A stretch of 64,000 bases of DNA from Spirochaetia bacterium (GTDB lineage: Bacteria > Spirochaetota > Spirochaetia > DSM-16054 > Sediminispirochaetaceae). Each line of letters opens with the position of its first letter. The stretch's first letter is position 1. The notes under the pieces are model-generated. The model worked only from the letters and a program-made list of their open reading frames with translations, was not told the DNA's origin and ran no database searches. The stretch is taken from NCBI GenBank assembly GCA_034520965.1, contig JAXHMY010000007.1, forward strand, positions 128,001 through 192,000, written 5' to 3'. Positions 43,908 to 53,249 of the stretch are shown here, piece after piece. A program made the position numbers and the translations under genes.

Positions 43908-45536
43908 CTATCTATCTCTTTTTATTGTGTATAACCCTAGTATTGGTTTATTCCACACCATATTTTTTAGCCAGTTGCTGAGGGTCTGGTAGTTGGGCAG
44001 GCCGAGTAGTTTGGCGGCCTGACGTTTGTTGCCGCCGGCCTGCTGTAGGGCCCGGGGCAGGTAGTGCTGCATTAGTTCAGTCACCACATTATCAATATTG
44101 AAGTCTTGGTTCAGGGGGCGGTTCAAAAAATGTGGGACGGCTGCGGGAGAATCGGGGGCCGGGTCGGGGCGCACCAGTGATTCTTCGAGGAGGCTGCGGT
44201 TTATTTCGACAGCCGGGCTCCAAAGACAGGCGCGAGTGAGGGTGTTGATCAACTCGCGCACATTCCCGGGCCAGCTGTATTCGCGGATCAGACGCCGGGC
44301 GTCGATTGAAAGCTGCTTGTCTTGCCAGCCTTCAACGCCGGCAAAGCGGGAGTTGAGCTGGCCCAGAAAGTGGTCGGTCAGGGCTTCGATGTCCCGTTTG
44401 CGGCTGTGCAGCGGGGGCAGCTTTAGCACGCCCACGGCTATCCGGTGGAACAGGTCGTTGCGGAAGCTGCCGTCGGCCGACTCGCGGGCCAGGTCGCGGT
44501 TTGTAGCGCTTATTATGCGAAAATCGGAGTGACGGCGGAGGGTGCTGCCGACCCGCTGGAAGGATTGGTCTTGCAGGACCCTCAGCAGAAGGACCTGCAC
44601 ATGCATCGGCAGCTCGCCGATTTCATCCAGAAACAGAGTTCCGCTGTGGGCTTCTTCGATATAGCCGGTTTTATCACTGGCAGCCCCGGTAAAGGCGCCT
44701 TTTACATATCCGAAGAGCTCGGATTCTACCAGGCCCTGGGGCAGGGCGCCGCAGTTGACCGATATAAAGGGGCCGTCCGCCCGGCCGGAGGCGTTGTGGA
44801 TGGCCTTGGCAAACAGCTCCTTGCCGGTGCCGGATTCACCGAGCAGCAGTACGGGCACGTCGAACAGGGCGATGCGACGGGCCCGGTTGACCGTTCTTTG
44901 CATGATTTTGGAGTGATGGATGATTTCGTCAAAGGCCGGGGTGGCCGGGAGCATTTCATCGGGTAAGGCCAGAAGTTTTTCGTCGACCGGGGAGGTGGTA
45001 GTGCTGCGGGGATGATACTCTGCCAAGATATCGAAGGGCAGGATGACCGTCCGCACTCCCTGCTCTTGGCTGGTTTCGATTAAGCGGGCTGGGTAAATGC
45101 TGCTGGCGATCAGGATCCAGGTGGCAGCCATGGCCGGGGTGCCAGGGCTCAGATGAAAGGTGAGGGCCGGAGCCGAATACAAGGGTTTCCCTTCGGCAGC
45201 CGAGCCTGTCTGTGCGGCGGTGCTGTGGCCTCTCTTATGCGGCTTAATTCCATTTAACACCTTAACGGCGTGCTCGTAGATTTCGGCAAACTCGGTGGGC
45301 GAGCTGAGCTCCACCAGGTGTGTCGAGATTTCGAGGTCCGAATGGCGCTGCTGCAGCCAGGCGACATAGGCGGTGGTCTCGGCCTGCGAATAATTGGAAA
45401 GCAGAGTGAGGGATTCGTAGGGCTCGGAGGCGAGGGCCTGGGCGATGGGGCCGGCGCCGACCCCGGGTTCGTGCTGGGAGGCACGGATATCAGTGCCTCC
45501 AAGCCATGCGCATAATCGCGGCGGTTGCAAGCTCAT
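43908..45536 (-). CDS. Sigma54-dependent activator with RtcR/CARF-like N-terminal domain
   Basis: [25 protein letters not shown], intact [22 protein letters not shown]-terminal HTH; real stop may be near 43948 if one A is missing. Confidence 0.88.
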   Translation of the reverse strand: MSLQPPRLCAWLGGTDIRASQHEPGVGAGPIAQALASEPYESLTLLSNYSQAETTAYVAWLQQRHSDLEISTHLVELSSPTEFAEIYEHAVKVLNGIKPHKRGHSTAAQTGSAAEGKPLYSAPALTFHLSPGTPAMAATWILIASSIYPARLIETSQEQGVRTVILPFDILAEYHPRSTTTSPVDEKLLALPDEMLPATPAFDEIIHHSKIMQRTVNRARRIALFDVPVLLLGESGTGKELFAKAIHNASGRADGPFISVNCGALPQGLVESELFGYVKGAFTGAASDKTGYIEEAHSGTLFLDEIGELPMHVQVLLLRVLQDQSFQRVGSTLRRHSDFRIISATNRDLARESADGSFRNDLFHRIAVGVLKLPPLHSRKRDIEALTDHFLGQLNSRFAGVEGWQDKQLSIDARRLIREYSWPGNVRELINTLTRACLWSPAVEINRSLLEESLVRPDPAPDSPAAVPHFLNRPLNQDFNIDNVVTELMQHYLPRALQQAGGNKRQAAKLLGLPNYQTLSNWLKNMVWNKPILGLYTIKRDR

Positions 45537-45658
45537 AGGGTAATAGTATAACAAATCTTGTAGGGGCACAAGAAAATTTATTATGCTATTGGTAGGTAGG
45601 GGCCGGCGGCTGGCCGCGGGACGTAGCAGCCGGGTTGGGTGGCTGCGTGAAGCCTCGC

Positions 45659-46858
45659 TCACATTATCGCTCCGTAGAGCTCCACCGGATCGCTCAGGTC
45701 CCACAGGGTCCAGTTGCTGCTCATGGCATCGGAGAAACGGCCGATGGAGTCGTAGTCGATGGGGATCCAGTAGCCGGGACGCAGGTAGGCGGTGGTGTAG
45801 GCGACCTCAGTAAGGCTTCCGTTCTGGTCTGCTTCGCCACTGACGTGTATGTAGCCGTAGCCGTTGATCGGGCGGGCCGACCAGACCATGGCAAGGGCGT
45901 GTCCGCTGCCGCCGCCGGGCGGGTAGAAGCTGGCCACCTTGCTGTTCCAGCCCCAGAACTCCAGCAGGCCGCAGGTGTACAGGGCGAAGTCTTCGCAGTC
46001 GCCGCCCTGTTGGGCCAAAAACTCATCCGGGGGCAGGGCGCGGTGGTTCGCTCGGTAGGTAAACAGCCGGTAGGTCTGCCGCTGAAAGGCCTCTACCTCC
46101 CGCCAGCTGAGGTGTCCGTTGCGGTCGGTGTCGGCTCCCATGTAGCGGGCCAGGAGTTGGCCATTGGTCAGGCCGGTACGCTGATAAAAAAGGTGGGAGT
46201 TGATCCAGTAATGGGCCTGCCGCCCGCTGTTGAAGCTGCGGCCTAGCTGGGCAGCCGTTATCCGGCCACTGGAGCTGCGGGAGAGGCGGTAGCCGCGGTA
46301 GGTCCAGCTGGCCGGCGGAGTGGGGGCAGTGCTTCTCTCAGCTCGCCCGCCATCAGACCCGTGAGCCCTGTCGGCCTGGTAAGATTCGGATTCATCGGCC
46401 CTCGAACCGCCGGCGCCGTCGCTAAGGTACTCTGTCAGGACTCCGGAGCTAAGCAGTGCCCATAGGATTACTGCCAGCCCTGCGATAGTGAAGCTGAGCC
46501 GGAAGAACTCGGCCAAGCCGCTCGAACCGGTGTTTTTGGCCGCGGCGGTGGTGTTTTTCTCGACCGGCCGCGGAGGGGCTGCCCTCGGACTCGGGGTTGG
46601 GTTCCGGGTTTCGGGCGGGGCCGCCAAAATGTGGGCCTGCCCTTCGACGATTTGCAGCCTCCGCAGGGCAAATGTGCGCCGTTCATGGCGCAGGTAACAG
46701 TAGGTCCGCACGTAATTATTTCCCCAGCGCTCGTAAAACTCCAGCGGCACGATGATACGCTGCGATACCTCGCCTTCGCCGTTTTCATACTGTATTCGGA
46801 CCGATTGATGTCCGTTCTGCAGCGCCTCTAAGGCGCGGCGTGTCCGTAACTCTTCCAT
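45659..46858 (-). CDS. WYL domain - TM helix - transglutaminase-like cysteine protease fusion
   Basis: [67 protein letters not shown]-hand-like loop; [20 protein letters not shown]. Confidence 0.75.
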   Translation of the reverse strand: MEELRTRRALEALQNGHQSVRIQYENGEGEVSQRIIVPLEFYERWGNNYVRTYCYLRHERRTFALRRLQIVEGQAHILAAPPETRNPTPSPRAAPPRPVEKNTTAAAKNTGSSGLAEFFRLSFTIAGLAVILWALLSSGVLTEYLSDGAGGSRADESESYQADRAHGSDGGRAERSTAPTPPASWTYRGYRLSRSSSGRITAAQLGRSFNSGRQAHYWINSHLFYQRTGLTNGQLLARYMGADTDRNGHLSWREVEAFQRQTYRLFTYRANHRALPPDEFLAQQGGDCEDFALYTCGLLEFWGWNSKVASFYPPGGGSGHALAMVWSARPINGYGYIHVSGEADQNGSLTEVAYTTAYLRPGYWIPIDYDSIGRFSDAMSSNWTLWDLSDPVELYGAIM

Positions 46859-46869
46859 ACCAACCTATA

Positions 46870-46885
46870 TGCAATTTTCGTACCA
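46870..46885 (-). promoter_or_regulatory. Sigma54 promoter toward the WYL-transglutaminase gene
   Basis: Minus strand TGGTAC-GAAAA-TTGCA. Confidence 0.6.
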
Positions 46886-46892
46886 ATTCTCT

Positions 46893-46908
46893 TGGCATGG
46901 AAATTGCA
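46893..46908 (+). promoter_or_regulatory. Sigma54 promoter toward the outer-membrane protein gene
   Basis: TGGCAT-GGAAA-TTGCA. Confidence 0.7.
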
Positions 46909-47030
46909 TTTTATGTTTTTGGGATGCATGTCCTGTAGTCGATTTCCGGCCGTCGGAAAGCCGCAGGGCCAGAGCCAGTAGCCGGCTGCAGCGTGCAGCC
47001 TGACAAGTAAACCAGCGATGGAGGAAGTGT

Positions 47031-47612
47031 ATGCGCACTTTGTTGACGATTGTGTTGTTGTTTGGGTTTGCCGGGGGAGGTCTTTTTGCCCAGGCGGACG
47101 CACAGGGGCGGGGATTTATGTTTCAGATAGGTTTGGGAGCCGCTGAGATAGAGTGGCCCCAGGGGTTGAAAGAGCTGATGGACTATGCCGAAGGCCAGCC
47201 GGATATAGACCGGGTGAAGGTGCATCTGAACCTGGGCCTGGGGGCGGCAGTGAGCGAAAATCTGTACCTGTTGGGCAGTCTGCAGGGCTACGGCGACCGC
47301 CTGGAGGACAGCTATGGTGACTATGTCCAGATAAATGCGTATCTGTTTGGCCTGGGGCTGCGCTGGTATCCCTTTGTAGCCGGACTGGTGCTGGGCGGCG
47401 ACATCGGGGCCGCCCGCCTGGTGGCTATGGGCTCGGGGGTAGAGAGCAATGCCTCCGAATGGGGCAACGGCTTGGGCTTTACGGCCGGCTACGATTTCGG
47501 CGGCCGCCCGACCGGCGTGTCCCTGATTCTGGGGCTGCGGTTCGACGGCATGAGCGTCGAGGGCGAGTCGGTGGGCACCGCGGCCCTGTTTCTGAACCTG
47601 GCTTTTAAGTAA
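47031..47612 (+). CDS. Small outer-membrane beta-barrel protein
   Basis: GGAGG RBS, signal peptide, Gly/aromatic beta strands, LFLNLAFK end. Confidence 0.75.
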   Translation: MRTLLTIVLLFGFAGGGLFAQADAQGRGFMFQIGLGAAEIEWPQGLKELMDYAEGQPDIDRVKVHLNLGLGAAVSENLYLLGSLQGYGDRLEDSYGDYVQINAYLFGLGLRWYPFVAGLVLGGDIGAARLVAMGSGVESNASEWGNGLGFTAGYDFGGRPTGVSLILGLRFDGMSVEGESVGTAALFLNLAFK

Positions 47613-47704
47613 GTGAAAATAAAATATTTTGTTGCCGGTACAAATTATTTTATAGAAAGGGGCTGAGAAAGTCCGGCTCGCCCCGTTGCGGGGCAATTCT
47701 TTCC

Positions 47705-47720
47705 TGGCACGCTTCTTGCA
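47705..47720 (+). promoter_or_regulatory. Sigma54 promoter upstream of the second prsW-like gene
   Basis: TGGCAC-GCTTC-TTGCA, full consensus. Confidence 0.75.
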
Positions 47721-47954
47721 TAAAGTAGGGACCGGGCCTCAAGACCGGCGAGCCTGAGAGGGTCAGGTAAAGAGTGCATCTTATGTAAAAATGATATTTA
47801 AAAAACAGATGTAAAAAAGTGGCTTTTTTTGTCGCAGATGGGGAGGTTATATAAACTACGGATATATGGGGTTTCAGCAGGGCGGGCAACACGGATGGGG
47901 ATGGTTGGGAAAGACCGTGATTGACGGATGTGTTATAGTTGAGAAAAAGGGATT

Positions 47955-49481
47955 GTGAAAATGGTGTTGATTATTTCGGTGGCAACCAGTCTTATCTGGA
48001 TAAAAATTCTGAAAACCTTTGATGATGCCCAGGGGCTGAAGAGCAAGCGGACGGCGGTGAGCGGGTTTTTTCTGTACGGGCTGCTGAGCGTGCCGCTGGT
48101 GCTGCTGCTGTACGCATTGGCCGGACCGCTGGTGTATCCGATTACCCGCGATTCGGCGGTGCTGGAGAACCTGTTTTTGGTGGGGCCGGTGGAAGAGCTG
48201 GGCAAGTTCCTGGTTTTCTATCTGGTGGCTGTGGGCAGCGGGTCGATCCAGGAGCCCCGCGACGGGGTGCTGCACGCCGCTTCGGTGGGGCTGGCCTTTG
48301 CGGTGGTGGAGAACGTGTTTTACTCGGTATACGGCCTGGAATTGCTGCTGTACCGCTCTATGCTGACCACCGCCGGCCACATGAGTTATGCGGCCATCTG
48401 GGGTTTTGCGGCGGGGGTGTATTTGTACACACGGCCGGCGTTTATGCGGGCTGCGGCAGCGACTGCGGCTTCCCGGGGCTCAGCTGCCGGAGGGGCTGTG
48501 CCGCTTAAGCCTGGTGAATCGGAGAGCTTTGCCGACGGAGCGGCCTACGGGCCATCACTGGTGGTGAGTGCAGTGGCTTCGGCGGCCCTGCTGCACGGTC
48601 TGTACAACAGCTTTCTCGACCTGGGGGCCCTTGGTGCGGCCCTGCTGCTGGATGCCGGGACTGTTCTGCTGGCACTGGTCGGCCTGTCGCACCTGAAGAA
48701 ACTCTCCCCCTTCGCAGAGTTTCCGTTCTCGCAGTACCGCTTGGCTATTCCCCAGTTGAAGGAGGCCCTGCGGCACAATCCGGATAACTTCGTACTGCAC
48801 AAGCGCCTGGGGCTGCACTACATCCGCAGCCGGGACACCGCCAAGGGACGGCGCCACTTGCGACGGGCCTCCCACATCAGGCCGCGCGAGCTGTCCAGCC
48901 GCTTTTATCTGGCGCTGCTGGACTACCTGTTGGCGGGCCCGGGCAGACGAAGCCAAAGACAGCGGGCGAGGGGTGTGGTACCGGTGCTCTGGTCGCAGAG
49001 CAGGCTGATCGGCGGGGCTACACTGCGGCTTGGCAATAAAGCTGCAAACGATCCTGCAGCTGCTCCCGCCGATGAGGCCCGCCAGGCCCTGCACCGCCTG
49101 GCTGTGCGGATACCCCTGAAAAGCCTGAGACAGCTGCGCCGCCAGGTGAAACAGGTTTTTGCGGTACATCCGCGCCGCCGCGAGCTGTTTGAAATATGCG
49201 AGGAACTGGTTGCCGGTAAACGCGGTAAGAGCAGCAGCCCCCTGGACCGTGACGGGGTACTGCACCGCGGCCGGGAATATCCTGCGCACGAGGAGAGGCT
49301 TCGCGGGAAGGCGGCTCAAGAGGGATTGGCTCGCGAGTGTCCGGCCCTCGCGTCCGACACGAAGTCGGGGAGAATTTACTTTCCCGAGCCTCCCCTGGCG
49401 GCGGTGAATCCGCAGCTGGCCGCTAGGAAGATTCGTGCGACCGGCAGGATCATCGAACAGAAACGGCGGGAGATCGGCTGA
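47955..49481 (+). CDS. PrsW-family intramembrane metalloprotease with TPR-like C-terminus
   Basis: VEELGK, FAVVEN, GHMSY, HGLYN; paralogue of the 22444 gene. Confidence 0.85.
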   Translation: MKMVLIISVATSLIWIKILKTFDDAQGLKSKRTAVSGFFLYGLLSVPLVLLLYALAGPLVYPITRDSAVLENLFLVGPVEELGKFLVFYLVAVGSGSIQEPRDGVLHAASVGLAFAVVENVFYSVYGLELLLYRSMLTTAGHMSYAAIWGFAAGVYLYTRPAFMRAAAATAASRGSAAGGAVPLKPGESESFADGAAYGPSLVVSAVASAALLHGLYNSFLDLGALGAALLLDAGTVLLALVGLSHLKKLSPFAEFPFSQYRLAIPQLKEALRHNPDNFVLHKRLGLHYIRSRDTAKGRRHLRRASHIRPRELSSRFYLALLDYLLAGPGRRSQRQRARGVVPVLWSQSRLIGGATLRLGNKAANDPAAAPADEARQALHRLAVRIPLKSLRQLRRQVKQVFAVHPRRRELFEICEELVAGKRGKSSSPLDRDGVLHRGREYPAHEERLRGKAAQEGLARECPALASDTKSGRIYFPEPPLAAVNPQLAARKIRATGRIIEQKRREIG

Positions 49482-49721
49482 ATAGCAGAACAGGCAAGCG
49501 ACAGTGAACCAGACCTCCGGTAACAGCCGCACTTGTGGTCGACGCTGTGCCGGCACGGATGGGCGCGGATGGAAGGGGGAACAATTCTAAATATCTTGAA
49601 GGCAGGTGCCTCCCGACCTAATATCTGTGTTCATCCGTGTAAATCCTTAGTTAAATTTTTTTCCTGGTTTTTTTGAAGCAGAAGGCGCCTTTTGTGCCTC
49701 TTTTACTATAGGGAGGCGCGT

Positions 49722-50726
49722 ATGCCAGCACACTATGACGCTTTGTTCAGGCGGCTGTTTGAAAAGCCGGAGGTCAGCGCAGATTTTATTCGTAATTATC
49801 TGCCGGCGGGCTATCAGGGGAAAATAGATTTCGAAAGTGCTACTATTGATCCGGACACCTATATCGATGAGGTTCTCCGACGGAATTACACTGATCTGCT
49901 GTACAGGTTTGATAAAAGAGAAGGCGGCGGACCGCTGTATGTGTACCTGCTGTACGACCACAAATCATCACCGGACAAATGGGTGTCCATTCAGCTGCTG
50001 CGTTATATCATGCTCATCTACAGGAAGGAGCTGGAGAAGAAACATCCGCCGACGATACTACCGGAGGTGTTTCCGGTGGTCTTCTATCATGGGACTGAAG
50101 AGTGGACCCATTCACTGCAATGCGCCGATACTATTGATGCGCAGCGCAGAGAACATCTGCCGCATTTTAAGCCGTTTCTGTTTGATTTGAACCGTATTGA
50201 TGATAAACAGCTGCGCGGATCTGTACAAACGGTGGTGGGCTTGCTATCTTTAAAGTATATCAAGCAGCGCTTCACCGAGAGCATAGTTGCTTACCTGCTG
50301 CAAGAGCTGCATCGGCTACCGCGTGAGAGTAGTTTTTTGCATGAGTTCTATATGACTCTGATTAAGTTCAAAGCAGAGGAGGAGCTGCAGAGGTTTCTGC
50401 AGAAGGCCAGAGAGATGAATTACCGGGATATGGAGGAAGATATAATGACGCGCGAACAGAGATTGTTAAAAGAGGGTCGGGCCGAAGGGCTTGAAAAAGG
50501 ACTTCAAGAGGGCCGTGTCGAAGGACTTCAAGAAGGACGAGGTGAGGGCCGTGTCGAAGGCCTGCAAGACTCGTTGAAACGACAACTGAAGAAGAAGTTC
50601 GGTCTGAAAACGGAAGAATCGGTGAAGATAAACCAGATTAAAGAGCCAGCTAAATTAGAATCGGCCCTGGATGAGATAATAACCGCAGAGACCAAGCAGC
50701 AGGTGCTAGACAAGCTGGGCCTGTAG
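49722..50726 (+). CDS. Rpn family recombination-promoting nuclease (intact paralogue 3)
   Basis: HYDALFR, TDLLY, YLLYDHKS, PVVFYHG..W, EG-repeat linker, DUF4351-like C-terminus. Confidence 0.9.
   Translation: MPAHYDALFRRLFEKPEVSADFIRNYLPAGYQGKIDFESATIDPDTYIDEVLRRNYTDLLYRFDKREGGGPLYVYLLYDHKSSPDKWVSIQLLRYIMLIYRKELEKKHPPTILPEVFPVVFYHGTEEWTHSLQCADTIDAQRREHLPHFKPFLFDLNRIDDKQLRGSVQTVVGLLSLKYIKQRFTESIVAYLLQELHRLPRESSFLHEFYMTLIKFKAEEELQRFLQKAREMNYRDMEEDIMTREQRLLKEGRAEGLEKGLQEGRVEGLQEGRGEGRVEGLQDSLKRQLKKKFGLKTEESVKINQIKEPAKLESALDEIITAETKQQVLDKLGL
50445..50726 (+). CDS. Putative intragenic small protein RpnS (antitoxin)
   Basis: GGAGG at 50432 then in-frame ATG at 50445; equivalents at 39335 and 42441. 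Confidence 0.65.
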   Translation: MTREQRLLKEGRAEGLEKGLQEGRVEGLQEGRGEGRVEGLQDSLKRQLKKKFGLKTEESVKINQIKEPAKLESALDEIITAETKQQVLDKLGL

Positions 50727-51208
50727 TGCCCCCGCGGATGGGGAGGGGATGAGTGAATTGCGGAGCTAATTCTATTCATTGTAAATAAGTATTAGTGATT
50801 GAGTAGCAGGCTTTTATATTCTTATTAGCCGCTGACTGTTAATAATAGTAAGTTTTAGAAACAGAATTATCTTCTGAATTGATTTTTAATTTCCTCACAA
50901 TTTATTATCTGTGTACATCCGCGTTCATCCGTAGTTTATTAATAATCTTCCCCATCCGCGGTCCGTTCGCCTGCTTTTTAGTGCACAATGCCCTCGGCCG
51001 GCAGGTGGTGTATCAGGTGTATTACAAAGGTCATATGGCCGGTGACTACGTGGCCTATACTGTCAATAATGGACAATAATTTTTAGTTGTTATTTAATGT
51101 AGCATAAAATTTTTTATTTCTATTACAAGTTATTTTATCTATAGGAAAAATCCATCTTGATTTAGCTCACTTACTGTTTCTTATTACCCCAAATTCAACC
51201 CTTATTTT

Positions 51209-51224
51209 TGGCATGCTTATTGCT
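51209..51224 (+). promoter_or_regulatory. Sigma54 promoter upstream of the lipoprotein pair
   Basis: TGGCAT-GCTTA-TTGCT. Confidence 0.7.
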
Positions 51225-51303
51225 AACATAACTGCAGGATTATTTATTAGCCACTGCATTGTTGAATGACTTTCTTAGGTGGCCATCAAAAGGAGCAGTA
51301 AGT

Positions 51304-52038
51304 ATGCAAAAGATTTTATTAGTTCTTGCCTTCGCATCAGTAGTATTGAGCTCATGTGTCTCCTACCGACTCGATCCGGTACCGAACCAGAATATCGAGG
51401 TTCGACATGAGCGGGGCGCAACATATCCCATCTACGAAAGTTCAAAGATAGGAATGGTTGTAGCACCAGAGTTTAGAGAATCGGAGCTGATGGTAAAGGT
51501 GACTGTGAAGAATAACAGCGGCAAAGAGATGTTTATCAGCGATACGGATTTTATAGTCGAAGTGAGCGAGGACAGGCAGAACTGGAACCCGCTTAAAGTG
51601 TATGCATCGGATGAGTACTACGCTAAGGAAAAGCGCGCGTATACCGTTGGGGCGGTGTTGATGGTTATCTCGGCCACCGCCGATACCGCTTCCGCCGGCT
51701 ATGGCAGCAGTACTACCAGCGGAAATGTGTACGGTTCGGGTACCTACGGTTCCTATTCCGGAAGCTACAGCGGCACCACCACTTACTACGATCCGACTGC
51801 AGCTGAATTGGCGGCTCAACGCAATTCCCAGATGGTTTCGCAGTATGCCCAGGAAGGGCAGGGCTGGCTGCAGCTGCTCGAGGACAATCTATTTTATTCG
51901 AAGGACCTACGGCCAAACGAGACCTATTTCGGTTTAGTGTTTGCAGAGAAAGGCTATGGAGATTACTACCGCATCACCTGTACTAATCCTGATTTTGAGA
52001 TTGTACGGATTGAGTATGTAAAGCGGGAGGATAGATAA
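51304..52038 (+). CDS. Hypothetical lipoprotein with Gly/Ser/Tyr-rich segment
   Basis: AGGAG RBS, lipobox LSSC. Confidence 0.75.
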   Translation: MQKILLVLAFASVVLSSCVSYRLDPVPNQNIEVRHERGATYPIYESSKIGMVVAPEFRESELMVKVTVKNNSGKEMFISDTDFIVEVSEDRQNWNPLKVYASDEYYAKEKRAYTVGAVLMVISATADTASAGYGSSTTSGNVYGSGTYGSYSGSYSGTTTYYDPTAAELAAQRNSQMVSQYAQEGQGWLQLLEDNLFYSKDLRPNETYFGLVFAEKGYGDYYRITCTNPDFEIVRIEYVKREDR

Positions 52039-52114
52039 GTTGCGGGCACTATTTTATAAAAACCTAATGTTGCTGAATCGATTTCAGGAGCATACAATGT
52101 GAAAGGAAGTAAAA

Positions 52115-53152
52115 ATGAAAGTGAAGATATTGAAACATGTAGTATTGCCAATTTTTATTAGCGTTATGTTCATATCATGTACATCAATGGTTGAAAACGG
52201 AACTATGAGTCGTACTCAATCGACACCGGCGTCGACGCCATCAGCTAAGAATAATGCAGTCAGTGAAAAAGATGAGGGCAGCGAAGAACTTCAATCAGCC
52301 CAAGAGCGTATTGCCGAACTCGAGGCAGAGAACAAACAGCTAAAGGAAGAAATAGAGTCGCTCAATCAATCTCCGGAGGTGATGTTTCGAAAAGCGGTAT
52401 CACTTAAGGAGGATGACCCGCAGCAGGCGATGAGGCTGCTAAAGGAAATAACTGTCAAGTTCCCACTTAGTGAGTACAGTGAACCTGCGCAGGAAGAGTT
52501 AGCAGCGTTGGTCAAAACTACTGAAGAAGAACTAAAGCGAGTACTTTCGGAGAAAGAGATTCCTGCCGAAGCAAGGTTACAGACTATTCAAATTACTTTA
52601 GACAGTTATGGAAGCTATCTGAGTGATGAGCTTGTGAGCCGAGCTGAGCAAGAAATAGAGGAGTTGCAAACGGAGATCAAGCGAACTAAATATATCCGTT
52701 CGCGTTATGATGAGATGCAGGAGGTTACTTTTCACTCATCCCGCAGAGATACTTCAACAAGAACTAATCGGGGATACTTTTCAATCGATTTCTATATAGT
52801 CGAGTCGGATAAAACCGACAGTACCTATTTTAGATTCCGTGCGAATTACCGGGGAGAAAGTTGGATTTTTTATAAGAAAATTACTCTGCTGGGGAGTAAC
52901 GGAGTAAAGCTTGAAATCGAGCCCGATGAGTACCGGGAAAAAGAAACCGAGGTTGAGACGGGAGGTGTGCGGGAGTGGTCCGACAGCTACCTTTCCGATT
53001 CCTACAATGACAAAATTCTCGAACTGGCCGAGGCGGAGACTGTTAAGGTGCGATTTGACGGAAAGTATCGCATTGATTTTGAGATGACCGAGAAACAGCG
53101 TGCGGCGCTGAAGGAGATAGTCTCGCTGTATGAACACCTTTCTAAGGGATAG
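52115..53152 (+). CDS. Hypothetical lipoprotein (coiled coil, TPR-like helix, C-terminal beta domain)
   Basis: Lipobox ISC, IAELEAENKQLKEEI, KFPLSEY. Confidence 0.75.
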   Translation: MKVKILKHVVLPIFISVMFISCTSMVENGTMSRTQSTPASTPSAKNNAVSEKDEGSEELQSAQERIAELEAENKQLKEEIESLNQSPEVMFRKAVSLKEDDPQQAMRLLKEITVKFPLSEYSEPAQEELAALVKTTEEELKRVLSEKEIPAEARLQTIQITLDSYGSYLSDELVSRAEQEIEELQTEIKRTKYIRSRYDEMQEVTFHSSRRDTSTRTNRGYFSIDFYIVESDKTDSTYFRFRANYRGESWIFYKKITLLGSNGVKLEIEPDEYREKETEVETGGVREWSDSYLSDSYNDKILELAEAETVKVRFDGKYRIDFEMTEKQRAALKEIVSLYEHLSKG

Positions 53153-53249
53153 ATCAGGATTGAATAGGGCTGATCTTCAAAGAAACAGTTGTTGAAGCGA
53201 CAAATAGATACTAAAATGGAGAAAATCTTGTCGGTATTGAGAATGGCCA

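Larger units (their letters stand above)
14226..50936 (+). repeat. Dispersed same-orientation intergenic repeat family with 33-bp core and downstream inverted arm
   Basis: Core CGGATGGGGAGGTTATATAAACTACGGATATAT near-intact at 14228, 18864, 26614, 29896, 32504, 38581, 39553, 41442, 42659, 43799, 47835; partial or degenerate at 22314, 31206, 34612, 49556, 50735; complementary arm ATCCGTAGTTA/ATCCGCGGTTA at e.g. 25456, 30045, 38796, 39729, 41645, 42814, 50927. Confidence 0.95.

Noticed and set aside
45659..46858. WYL protein as the BREX regulator BrxR
   Set aside because: No HTH, has a TM helix and protease-like domain, and lies more than 6 kb from brxA
38867..50726. Rpn genes as IS transposases
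   Set aside because: No DDE or HUH motifs, terminal inverted repeats or target duplications; the transposase label of this family is historical
14226..50936. 33-bp repeat as a CRISPR array
   Set aside because: Spacing is kilobases and irregular, intervals contain genes, and no cas genes are present
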